The notes below the pieces were generated by a model that saw nothing but the letters and a program-made list of their open reading frames with translations, made no database searches and had not been told where the DNA came from. Made by a program: the position numbers and the translations under genes. 64,000 nucleotides of DNA from an uncultured Candidatus Saccharibacteria bacterium (lineage in GTDB: Bacteria > Patescibacteriota > Minisyncoccia > Phycocordibacterales > Phycocordibacteraceae). The DNA lies in NCBI GenBank assembly GCA_964357395.1, contig CAYHLC010000004.1:920-64919 (forward strand). Direction: 5' to 3'. Below are positions 9,468 to 17,911 of the stretch, one piece after another (within the stretch, counting starts at the first letter, position 1; every line of letters starts with the position of its first letter).

Positions 9468-10040
9468 CTAAAACGGGAGGGTGTGGGTGAGGGAGGAGGC
9501 GGTTGGTTTTTCCCAATGAGTCGTGTCGATCGGTATGTCGCGCTTTTGGCCAAAGTCGTCATAGCGTAGCTTGCTATTCGCTAAGGCGAAGTCGTATATC
9601 TCCTTGGTTATCTGCACGTCCATGAGGCAGTACTTCTTGACCTTGTCCTTCTTGCCCTCCTGCCACCAACGCACTGCATCGAGTCCAGAGCCACCCTTCT
9701 TCTTGCCCAAGGTGGCCTTGGCTACCGAGTCGAGCTTGATGCGGCGCCCGAGCACGTTCTTGATCTCGGTAAGGAGGTCGATGGAGCGGATCTTGCTAAG
9801 GTCCCCGCTGTAGTATTTGTTGAGGATGGGGATGTCAAAGTGGTCCGAGTTGTACCCGATCAAAACATCTGCACGCTCTAATATTGGCCACAAGAGTGGC
9901 AGCTCCGAGACCTCGTAGGCCCTCAGTGAGTCATCCTCAGAATCATGGACACCAATGACGGAGAGCTCCATCGCAGATGGGTCAAACACGCCCGTAGCAG
10001 AAGTCGTCTCGATGTCGAGTGTAATTCTTCTCATAGGCAC
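9468..10040 (-). CDS. DEDDh-family 3'-5' exonuclease (DnaQ/oligoribonuclease-like)
   Basis: Exo I motif ITLDIETT, Exo III-like YCLMDV. About 190 aa. Confidence 0.65.
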   Translation of the reverse strand: MPMRRITLDIETTSATGVFDPSAMELSVIGVHDSEDDSLRAYEVSELPLLWPILERADVLIGYNSDHFDIPILNKYYSGDLSKIRSIDLLTEIKNVLGRRIKLDSVAKATLGKKKGGSGLDAVRWWQEGKKDKVKKYCLMDVQITKEIYDFALANSKLRYDDFGQKRDIPIDTTHWEKPTASSLTHTLPF

Positions 10041-10046
10041 TAGCCA

Positions 10047-11231
10047 CTAGGGGTTAGCCACTAGGGCGGAGGCGACCTTGTCGAGCGCCACCTTTTCCTC
10101 CGTACCTGTGGTGAGGTTGCGGATGGTGATCTCGTGGCTGCGCTCCTCATCCTCGCCGTATGCAGCGAAGTAGGGGATGCCGAGCTTCGCTGCGTTCTTG
10201 ATATGGTCACCGATCTTATCGTGCTTCATACCAATTGCAACATTAATCCCCTGCTTTCGCAGGCTGTCAGCTGTCTGCTGTAGGCTGTCGGCTCTTCCTA
10301 CAGGGGCAAGGTACAGCTGTACGGAGCTCGCAAGTTTGGGGAGTAGGTTGTGTGTCTCGAGGAAGTCGCGCGCGATAACATCGCCCATAGCAAAGCCGAC
10401 AGCGGCGACGGGCTCCGACCCGTACTTCTCTACGAGGGTGTCGTAGCGCCCACCACCAAACATGGCGCGCTTGTTTTCTGGGTTAGTATCGAAGACCTCA
10501 AACACGAGTCCGGTGTAGTAGTCGAAGCCGCGTGCGATCGATGTATCGATAACGGCGTTGTTGATGCCGCGGGCAACCAGTGCGTTTTGCAATTGCTCAA
10601 AGTAGGGGAACTCGCCTCTGTTCGAGAGTGCCGACTGCACATCTACCGGCAGCTCCTTGCCTGCGTCGAGGAGGCGAGTGAGCTGCATACGCTCCTCCTT
10701 CGGGATACCAGCAGACTCGTATGCAAAGTCGAGGAACTCGCGGTTAGCAATCTTGATGATGAAGTTGGAGTGGTGCGCGCCAAGCTCCTCCATAACACGA
10801 TAGGCAGTGGCGAGGATCTCGACGTCTGCCTCGATGCCCTGAACACCGAAGAGGTCTGCATTCAGCTGCCAGAACTCGCGTAGCCGGCCTCGCTGCGGGC
10901 GCTCGTAGCGGAAGAAGTTCTGAATACAGTAAAGGCGGAGCGGGTACCCAAGCTCGCGTTTGCGGGCCGCTACCATACGGGCGACTGTCGGGGTCATCTC
11001 GGGCCGTAGTGTGACTGACCGATCCCCACGATCAGTGAAGGTGTACGTCTGATCATTAATGATCTCCTCGCTCGACTTGGAGCGATAGAGCTCTGTTGGC
11101 TCGAGGATAGAGGCGTTGTACTCCTCATATCCATACGACTCGACTGCGCGGCGCATCGCGTTGAATATGTACGTTTGTACGCGCTGATCTTCTGGGTAGA
11201 AGTCGCGGACTCCTTTGTATGGGTCAGTCAT
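10047..11231 (-). CDS. hisS: histidine--tRNA ligase (short form)
   Basis: Class II aaRS motifs FRYERPQRGRLREF. HisRS-type N-terminus plus anticodon-binding C-terminus. Confidence 0.85.
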   Translation of the reverse strand: MTDPYKGVRDFYPEDQRVQTYIFNAMRRAVESYGYEEYNASILEPTELYRSKSSEEIINDQTYTFTDRGDRSVTLRPEMTPTVARMVAARKRELGYPLRLYCIQNFFRYERPQRGRLREFWQLNADLFGVQGIEADVEILATAYRVMEELGAHHSNFIIKIANREFLDFAYESAGIPKEERMQLTRLLDAGKELPVDVQSALSNRGEFPYFEQLQNALVARGINNAVIDTSIARGFDYYTGLVFEVFDTNPENKRAMFGGGRYDTLVEKYGSEPVAAVGFAMGDVIARDFLETHNLLPKLASSVQLYLAPVGRADSLQQTADSLRKQGINVAIGMKHDKIGDHIKNAAKLGIPYFAAYGEDEERSHEITIRNLTTGTEEKVALDKVASALVANP

Positions 11232-11812
11232 TAGTGTGCGGGGGCGCCTTGGCTACGCCTCAGTTCCAGTAGCTTTTCCTGCGCATCGCGGAGTATCCGC
11301 TCGATACCTGCAGGATTTGCTGCATCGTCGAAGTCGAACTCGTTCTTGGCGCCTGCCGTCTGGACATTAAAGTGGCCAAAGTTGAGGAGGTTACCAATAA
11401 CGCCATGCAATTCGTAGTCGGCGTCCTGGATATGGTCGAGGTTGAGTATCGAGGCGACGTTACGCTTGAAGAGACCTTGCTGGTCGATGTCAATGATACG
11501 CCAGTTGGTAATGATCCAGATATCGAAGTAGAAGTCGGTCCAGCGGACAAAGAGCAACTGCCAGCAGATCAGTGCCCACAAAGAGCCAAGGAAGCCGGTG
11601 ATGGCACCAATCTGTGCCACGTTGCTGCCTGCGGGAACTACGGAGGCGATGACGGGGAGTGCGATAAATGGAATGAGGAACAGTATGACGACGCCTACCA
11701 CCTCCTTCAAGAGGACGAACCAGTGGTGTCGCACTATGGTCACGACATGCTCATCGCTACGGAAGTCGGAGAGTGCGAGCTTCGAGAAGTCCATACTATA
11801 CGATAGCCGCAA
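11231..11812 (-). CDS. membrane protein with bacterial PH (bPH_2/YdbS-like) domain
   Basis: Two TM helices followed by a WRIIDIDQQGLFKR-type bPH fold pattern. Confidence 0.5.
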   Translation of the reverse strand: MRLSYSMDFSKLALSDFRSDEHVVTIVRHHWFVLLKEVVGVVILFLIPFIALPVIASVVPAGSNVAQIGAITGFLGSLWALICWQLLFVRWTDFYFDIWIITNWRIIDIDQQGLFKRNVASILNLDHIQDADYELHGVIGNLLNFGHFNVQTAGAKNEFDFDDAANPAGIERILRDAQEKLLELRRSQGAPAH

Positions 11813-11981
11813 ACGCAGCGAGCGTCAGCGAAAAGAGGATAAACGTGCCGATACCCCAGACCGGGAGCGCAACAAACACTAATGGGTACAGGAACCCGAA
11901 GCGGATCCAGTGGTAGAGGAGTGCGAGTCCGTATCCAAGAACAATAAGGATGCCAACGCCCAAAATCAGGGTCCAAATCAT
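11796..11981 (-). CDS. small hypothetical membrane protein
   Basis: 61 aa, two hydrophobic helices. Confidence 0.35.
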   Translation of the reverse strand: MIWTLILGVGILIVLGYGLALLYHWIRFGFLYPLVFVALPVWGIGTFILFSLTLAAFAAIV

Positions 11982-12667
11982 GCCATTAGTATAACAGAAT
12001 ACCTAACGACGCCGTACTGGTCTTTGTGTGTGGCGACCGCGAGTCCGAGCCGCGCACACTCCACATGGATCCGCGCCTCGTGCTCGGGCTCGTGCTCGAT
12101 CCACAACTGTCCACTTGTGGTGAGCCTCTCCAGCGCACCTTGGATGGTGCGCCGGACGAGGTCGAATCCATCGTCTGCTGCGAGGAGTGCCTCCTTGGGC
12201 TCGTAGGCGAGGACCGAGTCCTCAATGCGAGCCATTCGCGACTCGGCGAGGTAGGGCGGGTTAGCAAGGATGTAGTCGTACTTGCCGCTGATAGCACTAA
12301 AGACGTCGGTCTGCAGCACGCGGGAACGTGCCAGGTCTACGCCATTCATCAGCACGTTCTTCTGAATAGTAGGGAGGTGGCGCGCCTCCAGCTCACCAAA
12401 GTCGATCGTTGCGCCTGCTACACGCTTCAGTACTGCTACGCCAATGCACCCCGATCCTGCAAATAGGTCCAGGACTTTGATGCTGCTGTCAGCTGTCAAC
12501 TGTAAACTGTCAACTAGTTTTTCAGTCCACCACTCTGTTTCGGTGCGAGGGATCAGCGGGCGCGAGTCGAGGTAGATGGTGCAGCCAAGGAACTCCGTGT
12601 TTCCCTCGGAGTACGCCTCTGGTAGAGAAGGATCACTGGACTTGGAGTTCGAGGCCGGGGATGTCAT
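11978..12667 (-). CDS. prmC: release-factor glutamine N5-methyltransferase (HemK/PrmC family)
   Basis: NPPY motif (ILANPPYL). SAM-binding LDLFAGSGCIG. Confidence 0.8.
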   Translation of the reverse strand: MTSPASNSKSSDPSLPEAYSEGNTEFLGCTIYLDSRPLIPRTETEWWTEKLVDSLQLTADSSIKVLDLFAGSGCIGVAVLKRVAGATIDFGELEARHLPTIQKNVLMNGVDLARSRVLQTDVFSAISGKYDYILANPPYLAESRMARIEDSVLAYEPKEALLAADDGFDLVRRTIQGALERLTTSGQLWIEHEPEHEARIHVECARLGLAVATHKDQYGVVRYSVILMA

Positions 12668-12908
12668 TTTCGATTACCTCCCACCCCTCTGGCACATCGC
12701 ATGGGGTAGGGAACTCGCGGATCTCGCCTGTATCGGGATTGACTGCAGGAGTGATGACTTGTGCACAGATAGTAGTCTCCTCATTCTCGGTCGGTGTTTC
12801 GGTGTTCGTTTCTGCGACGGGAGCCTGTGTTAGAGATGGCCAGAACAGGTAGACCAAAAGGGCCACGACGAGTATAGCCAAGACGACGATAATCGTGTTC
12901 TTATGCAT
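12633..12908 (-). CDS. small secreted hypothetical protein
   Basis: Signal/TM followed by an acidic Thr/Glu-rich segment and two Cys. Confidence 0.4.
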   Translation of the reverse strand: MHKNTIIVVLAILVVALLVYLFWPSLTQAPVAETNTETPTENEETTICAQVITPAVNPDTGEIREFPTPCDVPEGWEVIENDIPGLELQVQ

Positions 12909-12924
12909 ATGCTAGTATTGTAGC

Positions 12925-13395
12925 ATGTTAGCGAAAATCGATTTTTGGCACATCGGATTTACCATTTTCTTTCTTGTTTTACTCTGGATCTGCTACGGAC
13001 TGGTCCATAGTGCTGGCGCTACCATGTGGCGCACTTCGCAGTGGGAGTTCTTCCTCCTTTCGCTCGCCGCATTCAGACTGACCCGCTTTGTGGTGTATGA
13101 CTCAATAACGAAGTGGTTTCGCGATTTGTTTGAGGGCGCGGCACCACACACCTTCCGCGGGACGGTGGACACGCTCGTTAACTGCGCATGGTGCACGGGG
13201 CTGTGGGCAGCGCTCGTTGTGACCGTCGCCTACTTCGCCTGGGAGCCAGGTTGGTACGTCATACTTATCCTCGCCCTCGGTGGCGCCGCATCCTTCTTCC
13301 AAATTGTTGCAAACCTCGTTGGCTGGCATGCCGAGTTTAAGAAGCGTGCCACTGTTGGTACCGGGGAGACGAACTACGGCTCTAAGTGCGGCTAG
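12925..13395 (+). CDS. DUF1360-like membrane protein
   Basis: RLTRFVVYD...CAWCTGLW motif pattern. Three or four TM helices. Confidence 0.45.
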   Translation: MLAKIDFWHIGFTIFFLVLLWICYGLVHSAGATMWRTSQWEFFLLSLAAFRLTRFVVYDSITKWFRDLFEGAAPHTFRGTVDTLVNCAWCTGLWAALVVTVAYFAWEPGWYVILILALGGAASFFQIVANLVGWHAEFKKRATVGTGETNYGSKCG

Positions 13396-13398
13396 CAC

Positions 13399-14058
13399 AT
13401 GGGCCCAACGTATTGCGAGACACCACTCCTCCTCACTGGATTTCCGGTAGAGCCGATCAATACGATCAGTAACCTGATAATCATTGCATTTGGCATTGTT
13501 GCGCTATGGCTCGTCTACCGCAGGGCGGGAAAGGAGTTCGACCTCTGGGCCGTAGCAGTATTCCTCACTGTAACTGGCGTGGGCTCGCTGCTGTGGCACG
13601 GATTCCGTACCTCGCTGTTCCTCACGCTGGACTACACCCCTGGTATGCTCGCACTCCTCGCGATATTGCTTGCGTGGGCGCGCAGACTCTTCGGCTCATG
13701 GTGGGCAGCGCTCCTCTCTGTTGTCGTATTCCTCTGTGTGGTGAGCGCGGGCTCAGCACTTGTGGGCCTCTTGGGCGACTTCCGATTCTTCTTCGCTGGG
13801 CCACTAGTCGCAGTGCTCGGTATTGGTGGTTACTTTGTCTACCGCTCGTACCGCTTGTGGGGCCGCGTTGCGCTAGTGCCACTCCTCGGTATGGGGTCGG
13901 CACTCCTCGCGCTCATGTTCCGCACTATCGATTCGCAGATGTGCGCGTATATCCCATTCGGAACACATTTTCTTTGGCATACATTCCTTTCCTTAGGCGC
14001 GTTCCTCTGCTTCTACTTCCTCCTCAAGATTTCTGAGCGATCGCGTGGTGGGGAGTAG
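13399..14058 (+). CDS. alkaline-ceramidase-like integral membrane hydrolase
   Basis: EPINTISNL and SLLWHGF motifs. Seven TM segments. Confidence 0.5.
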   Translation: MGPTYCETPLLLTGFPVEPINTISNLIIIAFGIVALWLVYRRAGKEFDLWAVAVFLTVTGVGSLLWHGFRTSLFLTLDYTPGMLALLAILLAWARRLFGSWWAALLSVVVFLCVVSAGSALVGLLGDFRFFFAGPLVAVLGIGGYFVYRSYRLWGRVALVPLLGMGSALLALMFRTIDSQMCAYIPFGTHFLWHTFLSLGAFLCFYFLLKISERSRGGE

Positions 14059-14248
14059 GGGAGAAGGCGAAGTCGAACTGACCTGTCTTTACTCCTGCGA
14101 TGAATGCCACCCACTCTGCAGCAGTGGCCCTCAGCACGACGTCGCGGTCGCCAGTGAGGCGAATGTGTACAAAGTCGCCGTCCTGCTGTACCTCAATACA
14201 GCCGGCGATAGCGCAGGCGTTTGATACGATCCATGGCTTGGTGTTCAT
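14024..14248 (-). CDS. DUF397-like small protein
   Basis: W..S....GGCIEV....D..V..RD pattern characteristic of DUF397. Confidence 0.4.
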   Translation of the reverse strand: MNTKPWIVSNACAIAGCIEVQQDGDFVHIRLTGDRDVVLRATAAEWVAFIAGVKTGQFDFAFSPTPHHAIAQKS

Positions 14249-14363
14249 AGATGTTGTTTAGCTACTCTATTAATACTCATAGTCTGAGCGAAGTGACGAT
14301 CGTAAGCTGCGTTTTCGGCCTATTTCCGAGTCAACCCCTAACCAAGCCCTATTTATAAAAAGT

Positions 14364-14391
14364 TTGACAAGAATCTTGTCATCTATATACT
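14364..14391 (+). promoter_or_regulatory. sigma70-like promoter (TTGACA, 16 nt spacer, TATACT) overlapped by a 17-bp perfect palindrome TGACAAGAaTCTTGTCA
   Basis: Seen directly, about 18 nt upstream of the 14409 ATG. Confidence 0.5.
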
Positions 14392-14408
14392 AAGAAAAGA
14401 AAAAGAAT

Positions 14409-15209
14409 ATGAGGGGCGGGACGCAGTCGGTGCTGAAGCTGACGGATAATGAACGCGCGGTCTACACTGCGCTTCGGCGCTACAGGCGCAGCGAGTCTGT
14501 AACGCATATTGCTATGTCGTCGGATTTGCCACGCACCACCACGGCCTTTACGCTGTGGTCCTTGGCCAGCCGCGGCCTTGCCGAGCGGACCAAAGTTAAT
14601 CAGCACTGGGAGTGGCAGCGGACCCGTGCCGAGCGCGTCACGGATGCTATTACCACTGCCGAGGAGGACCTCGCTGGGACTGCAGAGTCTGGTCACTCGG
14701 CGCTAAGCGTCACTACCTACCGCGGCATCAAGAATATTGCCGAGGTTATCAAAACCATTTCCTCCCTCAGTAAGGGCGAGCGTGTCTATGGTATCCAAGG
14801 CAACCTCTCCGCCGAGCGCGGATTAAAGAAGTTAGGCAAGGAGTATCTAGCCGAGTTACACCGCCAACTCCGCGACCGCCAGGTCGTTATTAACGGCATC
14901 GTCGGCAAGAGCGCGCTTAGGTTCGTCAAGAATATGACTACTGATGAGCTGCGCTCCCACCTCAACCGTCTCGTGGTCGCCCATGTCGTACCGGACGAGT
15001 ACCTCAACTTTGACTGCGATCTCTACGTTATGCGCGACACGGTCGTCCGTGTTCAGTACGGATCGCTTTTTGCTGAGGTGGTCAAGGACCCTGACTTCGC
15101 AGCCTCACTTAAGGGCCTCATTGCCTTTGTCGAGGCGCATGCGGAAAAAGTGGATCTGAATGCGGAAATAAAATCAGAGCTTAGGCGCCGCGGCGCTTTG
15201 GTTTCATAA
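14409..15209 (+). CDS. winged-HTH (MarR/TrmB-like N-terminus) putative transcriptional regulator
   Basis: The N-terminal 70 aa resemble a wHTH. The C-terminal domain is of unknown function. Confidence 0.45.
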   Translation: MRGGTQSVLKLTDNERAVYTALRRYRRSESVTHIAMSSDLPRTTTAFTLWSLASRGLAERTKVNQHWEWQRTRAERVTDAITTAEEDLAGTAESGHSALSVTTYRGIKNIAEVIKTISSLSKGERVYGIQGNLSAERGLKKLGKEYLAELHRQLRDRQVVINGIVGKSALRFVKNMTTDELRSHLNRLVVAHVVPDEYLNFDCDLYVMRDTVVRVQYGSLFAEVVKDPDFAASLKGLIAFVEAHAEKVDLNAEIKSELRRRGALVS

Positions 15210-15927
15210 GTTTCCTAACGAGTTCCAGCTCCTCTTCAGTGTTGACCTCCTCGAAGTAGTAATTACCGACGCCGACCTCTATTCCGTAGCCGTTTTCTAA
15301 GACGCGAAGCTGCTCTAGGAGCTCGGTCTTCTCAAGTGGAGTCTGCTTCAGCTTGACGTACTTTTGCAAAAAGTCTGCGCGATAGGCGTAGATACCAAAG
15401 TGCCACAAAACCTTGACCCCCGCATCTTCGCGTGGGTACGGAATGAGCGAGCGCGAAAAGTAAATTGCCTTCCCATGTAGGTCCCTAATAACTTTGACCA
15501 TGCCAGGATTTGTAAAGCCATGCTCCTTCATAGGGGTCGCGATTGTGGACATGAGGGCCTTCTTATCCTTAAGGAGGAGGCGGATAGTGTGGTCGATCGC
15601 GGCAGGCGGGATCATTGGCTGGTCGCCCTGGATGTTAACAACGATGTCGGGGCGGAACCCCCTAAACATCTTTGCTGCCGCTGCAACGCGGTCCGAGCCA
15701 GTGTTGATTTTGGAAGAGGTCATCATGACGTCAGCCCCATACGGCAATAGTGCGTCGCGGATCTCCTTGGAGTCGGTAGCAACGATGACATGGTCGACGA
15801 GCTTGGCGCGCTTGGCACCGGTCCAGGTGTGCCACACCAGCGGCTTGCCGTGGATATCCGCGAGCATCTTTCGATTTAGTCGAGTGGAGCCTAATCGGGC
15901 AGGGACAACACCAAGGACTTTAGTCAT
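15181..15927 (-). CDS. CMP-sugar cytidylyltransferase (KdsB/NeuA family)
   Basis: VPARLGSTRLNRKMLADIHGKPL N-terminal signature. Confidence 0.75.
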   Translation of the reverse strand: MTKVLGVVPARLGSTRLNRKMLADIHGKPLVWHTWTGAKRAKLVDHVIVATDSKEIRDALLPYGADVMMTSSKINTGSDRVAAAAKMFRGFRPDIVVNIQGDQPMIPPAAIDHTIRLLLKDKKALMSTIATPMKEHGFTNPGMVKVIRDLHGKAIYFSRSLIPYPREDAGVKVLWHFGIYAYRADFLQKYVKLKQTPLEKTELLEQLRVLENGYGIEVGVGNYYFEEVNTEEELELVRKLMKPKRRGA

Positions 15928-15989
15928 AGGGGAACTCTAGCATGGGCTCACAGCCGCTTCATGGCTGCGGCGTTACTGTTATCTATCCA

Positions 15990-16142
15990 ATGCTTGTAAC
16001 AATAGCAGCGGTCCTCCTAGTGTTGTGGCTTTTGGGTGTAATCGGGGTGTACACCATAGGATGGTTTGTGCACATCCTTTTGGTAATAGCTCTTATTATG
16101 TTCCTTATCCGCATCATCCAGGGCGAGAATCCCCTTAAATAG
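15990..16142 (+). CDS. lmo0937-family small membrane protein
   Basis: LLVLWLLGVIG...HILLVIALIMFLIRII resembles lmo0937-family peptides. Confidence 0.5.
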   Translation: MLVTIAAVLLVLWLLGVIGVYTIGWFVHILLVIALIMFLIRIIQGENPLK

Positions 16143-16144
16143 AG

Positions 16145-16178
16145 AAAACCGCAGGGAAAGCCCCCTGCGGTTTTTTTT
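16145..16178 (+). terminator. rho-independent terminator
   Basis: ccgcaggg-aaag-ccccctgcgg hairpin followed by T8. Confidence 0.75.
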
Positions 16179-16187
16179 GATCAGCTG

Positions 16188-16520
16188 CTAGATGGTCGCA
16201 GGCTTGGTTCCCAAAGTCATGTTATCTGCAGTTTGCTCGGCTCCTTCCGAGTAGGCTCGCTTTCGAGCCGTGCGGATACCATATCCGACAGCTGCTCCAA
16301 CGAGAGTTAAGATACCCACCTTCGCAAAGCTCTCTAGGTCGAACGGGTTTTCATCAAGCATCGACTCGACTGCTAGCATTCCACCCGCCCCAGCGAGAGC
16401 CCCCAATAGGGCGTGCTTTCCTGCGCCTCCTGCGTAACTTGTGCTGCCTTCGTCCGCCTCAAATTTAGAGCGGTTATAAGCATCAAACCAATCCTCACCA
16501 TAATTCATGCCTCGAGCCAT
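16188..16520 (-). CDS. hypothetical Gly-zipper protein
   Basis: ORF with GALAGAGG/GAAVGYG glycine-zipper segments. Confidence 0.4.
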   Translation of the reverse strand: MARGMNYGEDWFDAYNRSKFEADEGSTSYAGGAGKHALLGALAGAGGMLAVESMLDENPFDLESFAKVGILTLVGAAVGYGIRTARKRAYSEGAEQTADNMTLGTKPATI

Positions 16521-16568
16521 GTATGTAAAGATATGTTAATGACCAGACAATAATACAAACAGGCGATT

Positions 16569-17009
16569 ATGTCAATACGCGAAAGCGTAACCTTGACGAC
16601 GCTAGGGAAGTATGTCAAATGTACTAGCTATTTTTCTATTATGTCTGAAGCAAAAGGAACCACAAAGGGCGAGTCAGGCGTATACGCATACAGCCGCTCG
16701 CTGGACTATATAGCAGCAAACGCAGCTAAGCTCGGAAAGCGGGTTGGGCCACCGCTCGTCTTCGGCATCTTGCTCGGAGGGGTGGCAGGCATTGCGCAGT
16801 CGCATCAAGAGATCGCCAATGGTCAACTCCCAAACTTTGAGGTCGATGAGATCATTGTCACTGTACTTGCGGTTATGCTCGGTGGGCTTGTTGGTGCACT
16901 CGTGAATAATCGGACCGCCTCCTTTTATGGCCAAGCTGGCACTGATGCTGCTCAGTCTGGTCACTATGGCTACGATCGAGATGTAAACACCGGGGTCGGT
17001 GTGAAATAG
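16569..17009 (+). CDS. hypothetical Gly-zipper membrane protein
   Basis: ORF with LGGVAGIA and LGGLVGAL segments. The start may be the internal Met at 16641. Confidence 0.4.
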   Translation: MSIRESVTLTTLGKYVKCTSYFSIMSEAKGTTKGESGVYAYSRSLDYIAANAAKLGKRVGPPLVFGILLGGVAGIAQSHQEIANGQLPNFEVDEIIVTVLAVMLGGLVGALVNNRTASFYGQAGTDAAQSGHYGYDRDVNTGVGVK

Positions 17010-17023
17010 GATGTCATGAAAGC

Positions 17024-17054
17024 AAAAAATCCCGGTCGGAAGCCGGGATTTTTG
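17024..17054. terminator. bidirectional rho-independent terminator
   Basis: A6-cccggtcggaagccggg-T5 between convergent genes. Confidence 0.75.
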
Positions 17055-17154
17055 TTTACGAGTGATTCTACTTACTTCCAAGCGAGAGAGGGAAATGGAA
17101 GCTTGCTTACATTTCCGAACGAGCGCCGGAAGCAAAAATTCGCTTCGCGAATTT

Positions 17155-17493
17155 TTACCAGGACTGACGGCGCTCGCCGCCGCCAAATCCACCGCCTCCG
17201 CGACCGCCACCGAAGCCACCTCCGCGACCTCCGCCGCCACCGTTCTCCGGTGGGCGAGCGACCGAAACGCGGACCATGCGGCCGTCAACTTCCTGACCAT
17301 CAAGGCCCTTAACGACTGCATCTGCTTCCTCGTCAGTCGACATTTCGACGAAACCGAATCCGCGTGAGCGGCCGGTCTCGCGGTCCATGATGACCTTAGC
17401 TGAGCTAACTGTGCCGTGACCGGCAACTGCAGCGTTTAATGTGTCGTCAGTCGTGTTGTACGACAGACCACCGAAATAGAGTTTCTTTGCCAC
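17155..17493 (-). CDS. RRM-domain RNA-binding protein with Gly/Arg-rich tail (GTG start)
   Basis: RNP2 LYFGGL and RNP1 RGFGFVEM. C-terminal GGGGRGGGFGGG repeat. Confidence 0.75.
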   Translation of the reverse strand: MAKKLYFGGLSYNTTDDTLNAAVAGHGTVSSAKVIMDRETGRSRGFGFVEMSTDEEADAVVKGLDGQEVDGRMVRVSVARPPENGGGGGRGGGFGGGRGGGGFGGGERRQSW

Positions 17494-17911
17494 TGTACTT
17501 TTATTACTTTTACTATGCGAGCTCGACACGTTTGTTACTTTCCTTGTCAGATACCCTCCGTAGGCACCTCGTGGGGAGAAGATAGAACCATCTCGTACTC
17601 GTGCCGCAAGTATAGCACAGGGCATCTGTCAAACCTAGCTATCAACAGTTTATACACATATGTCAATAAACTTTAGGCTGGGAAGCGATAAAGGACACAT
17701 GTCCTATATAGATGTCTGAGAGGGGAGTCAGAAACCAAGGCACCCTATGTCATAAAGGACATACTAGGCGAAAACTTGACAGATTAACTTAGTAATGTTG
17801 TATTATGACCCAATCCAGCTACTTTACAAGTGACAACTATCGTGATAGCGTACGCGAGTCAAGGTCATTGATTATTTATATTATAAAAAGCACTAGCTCT
17901 ATTTAGTTAAT

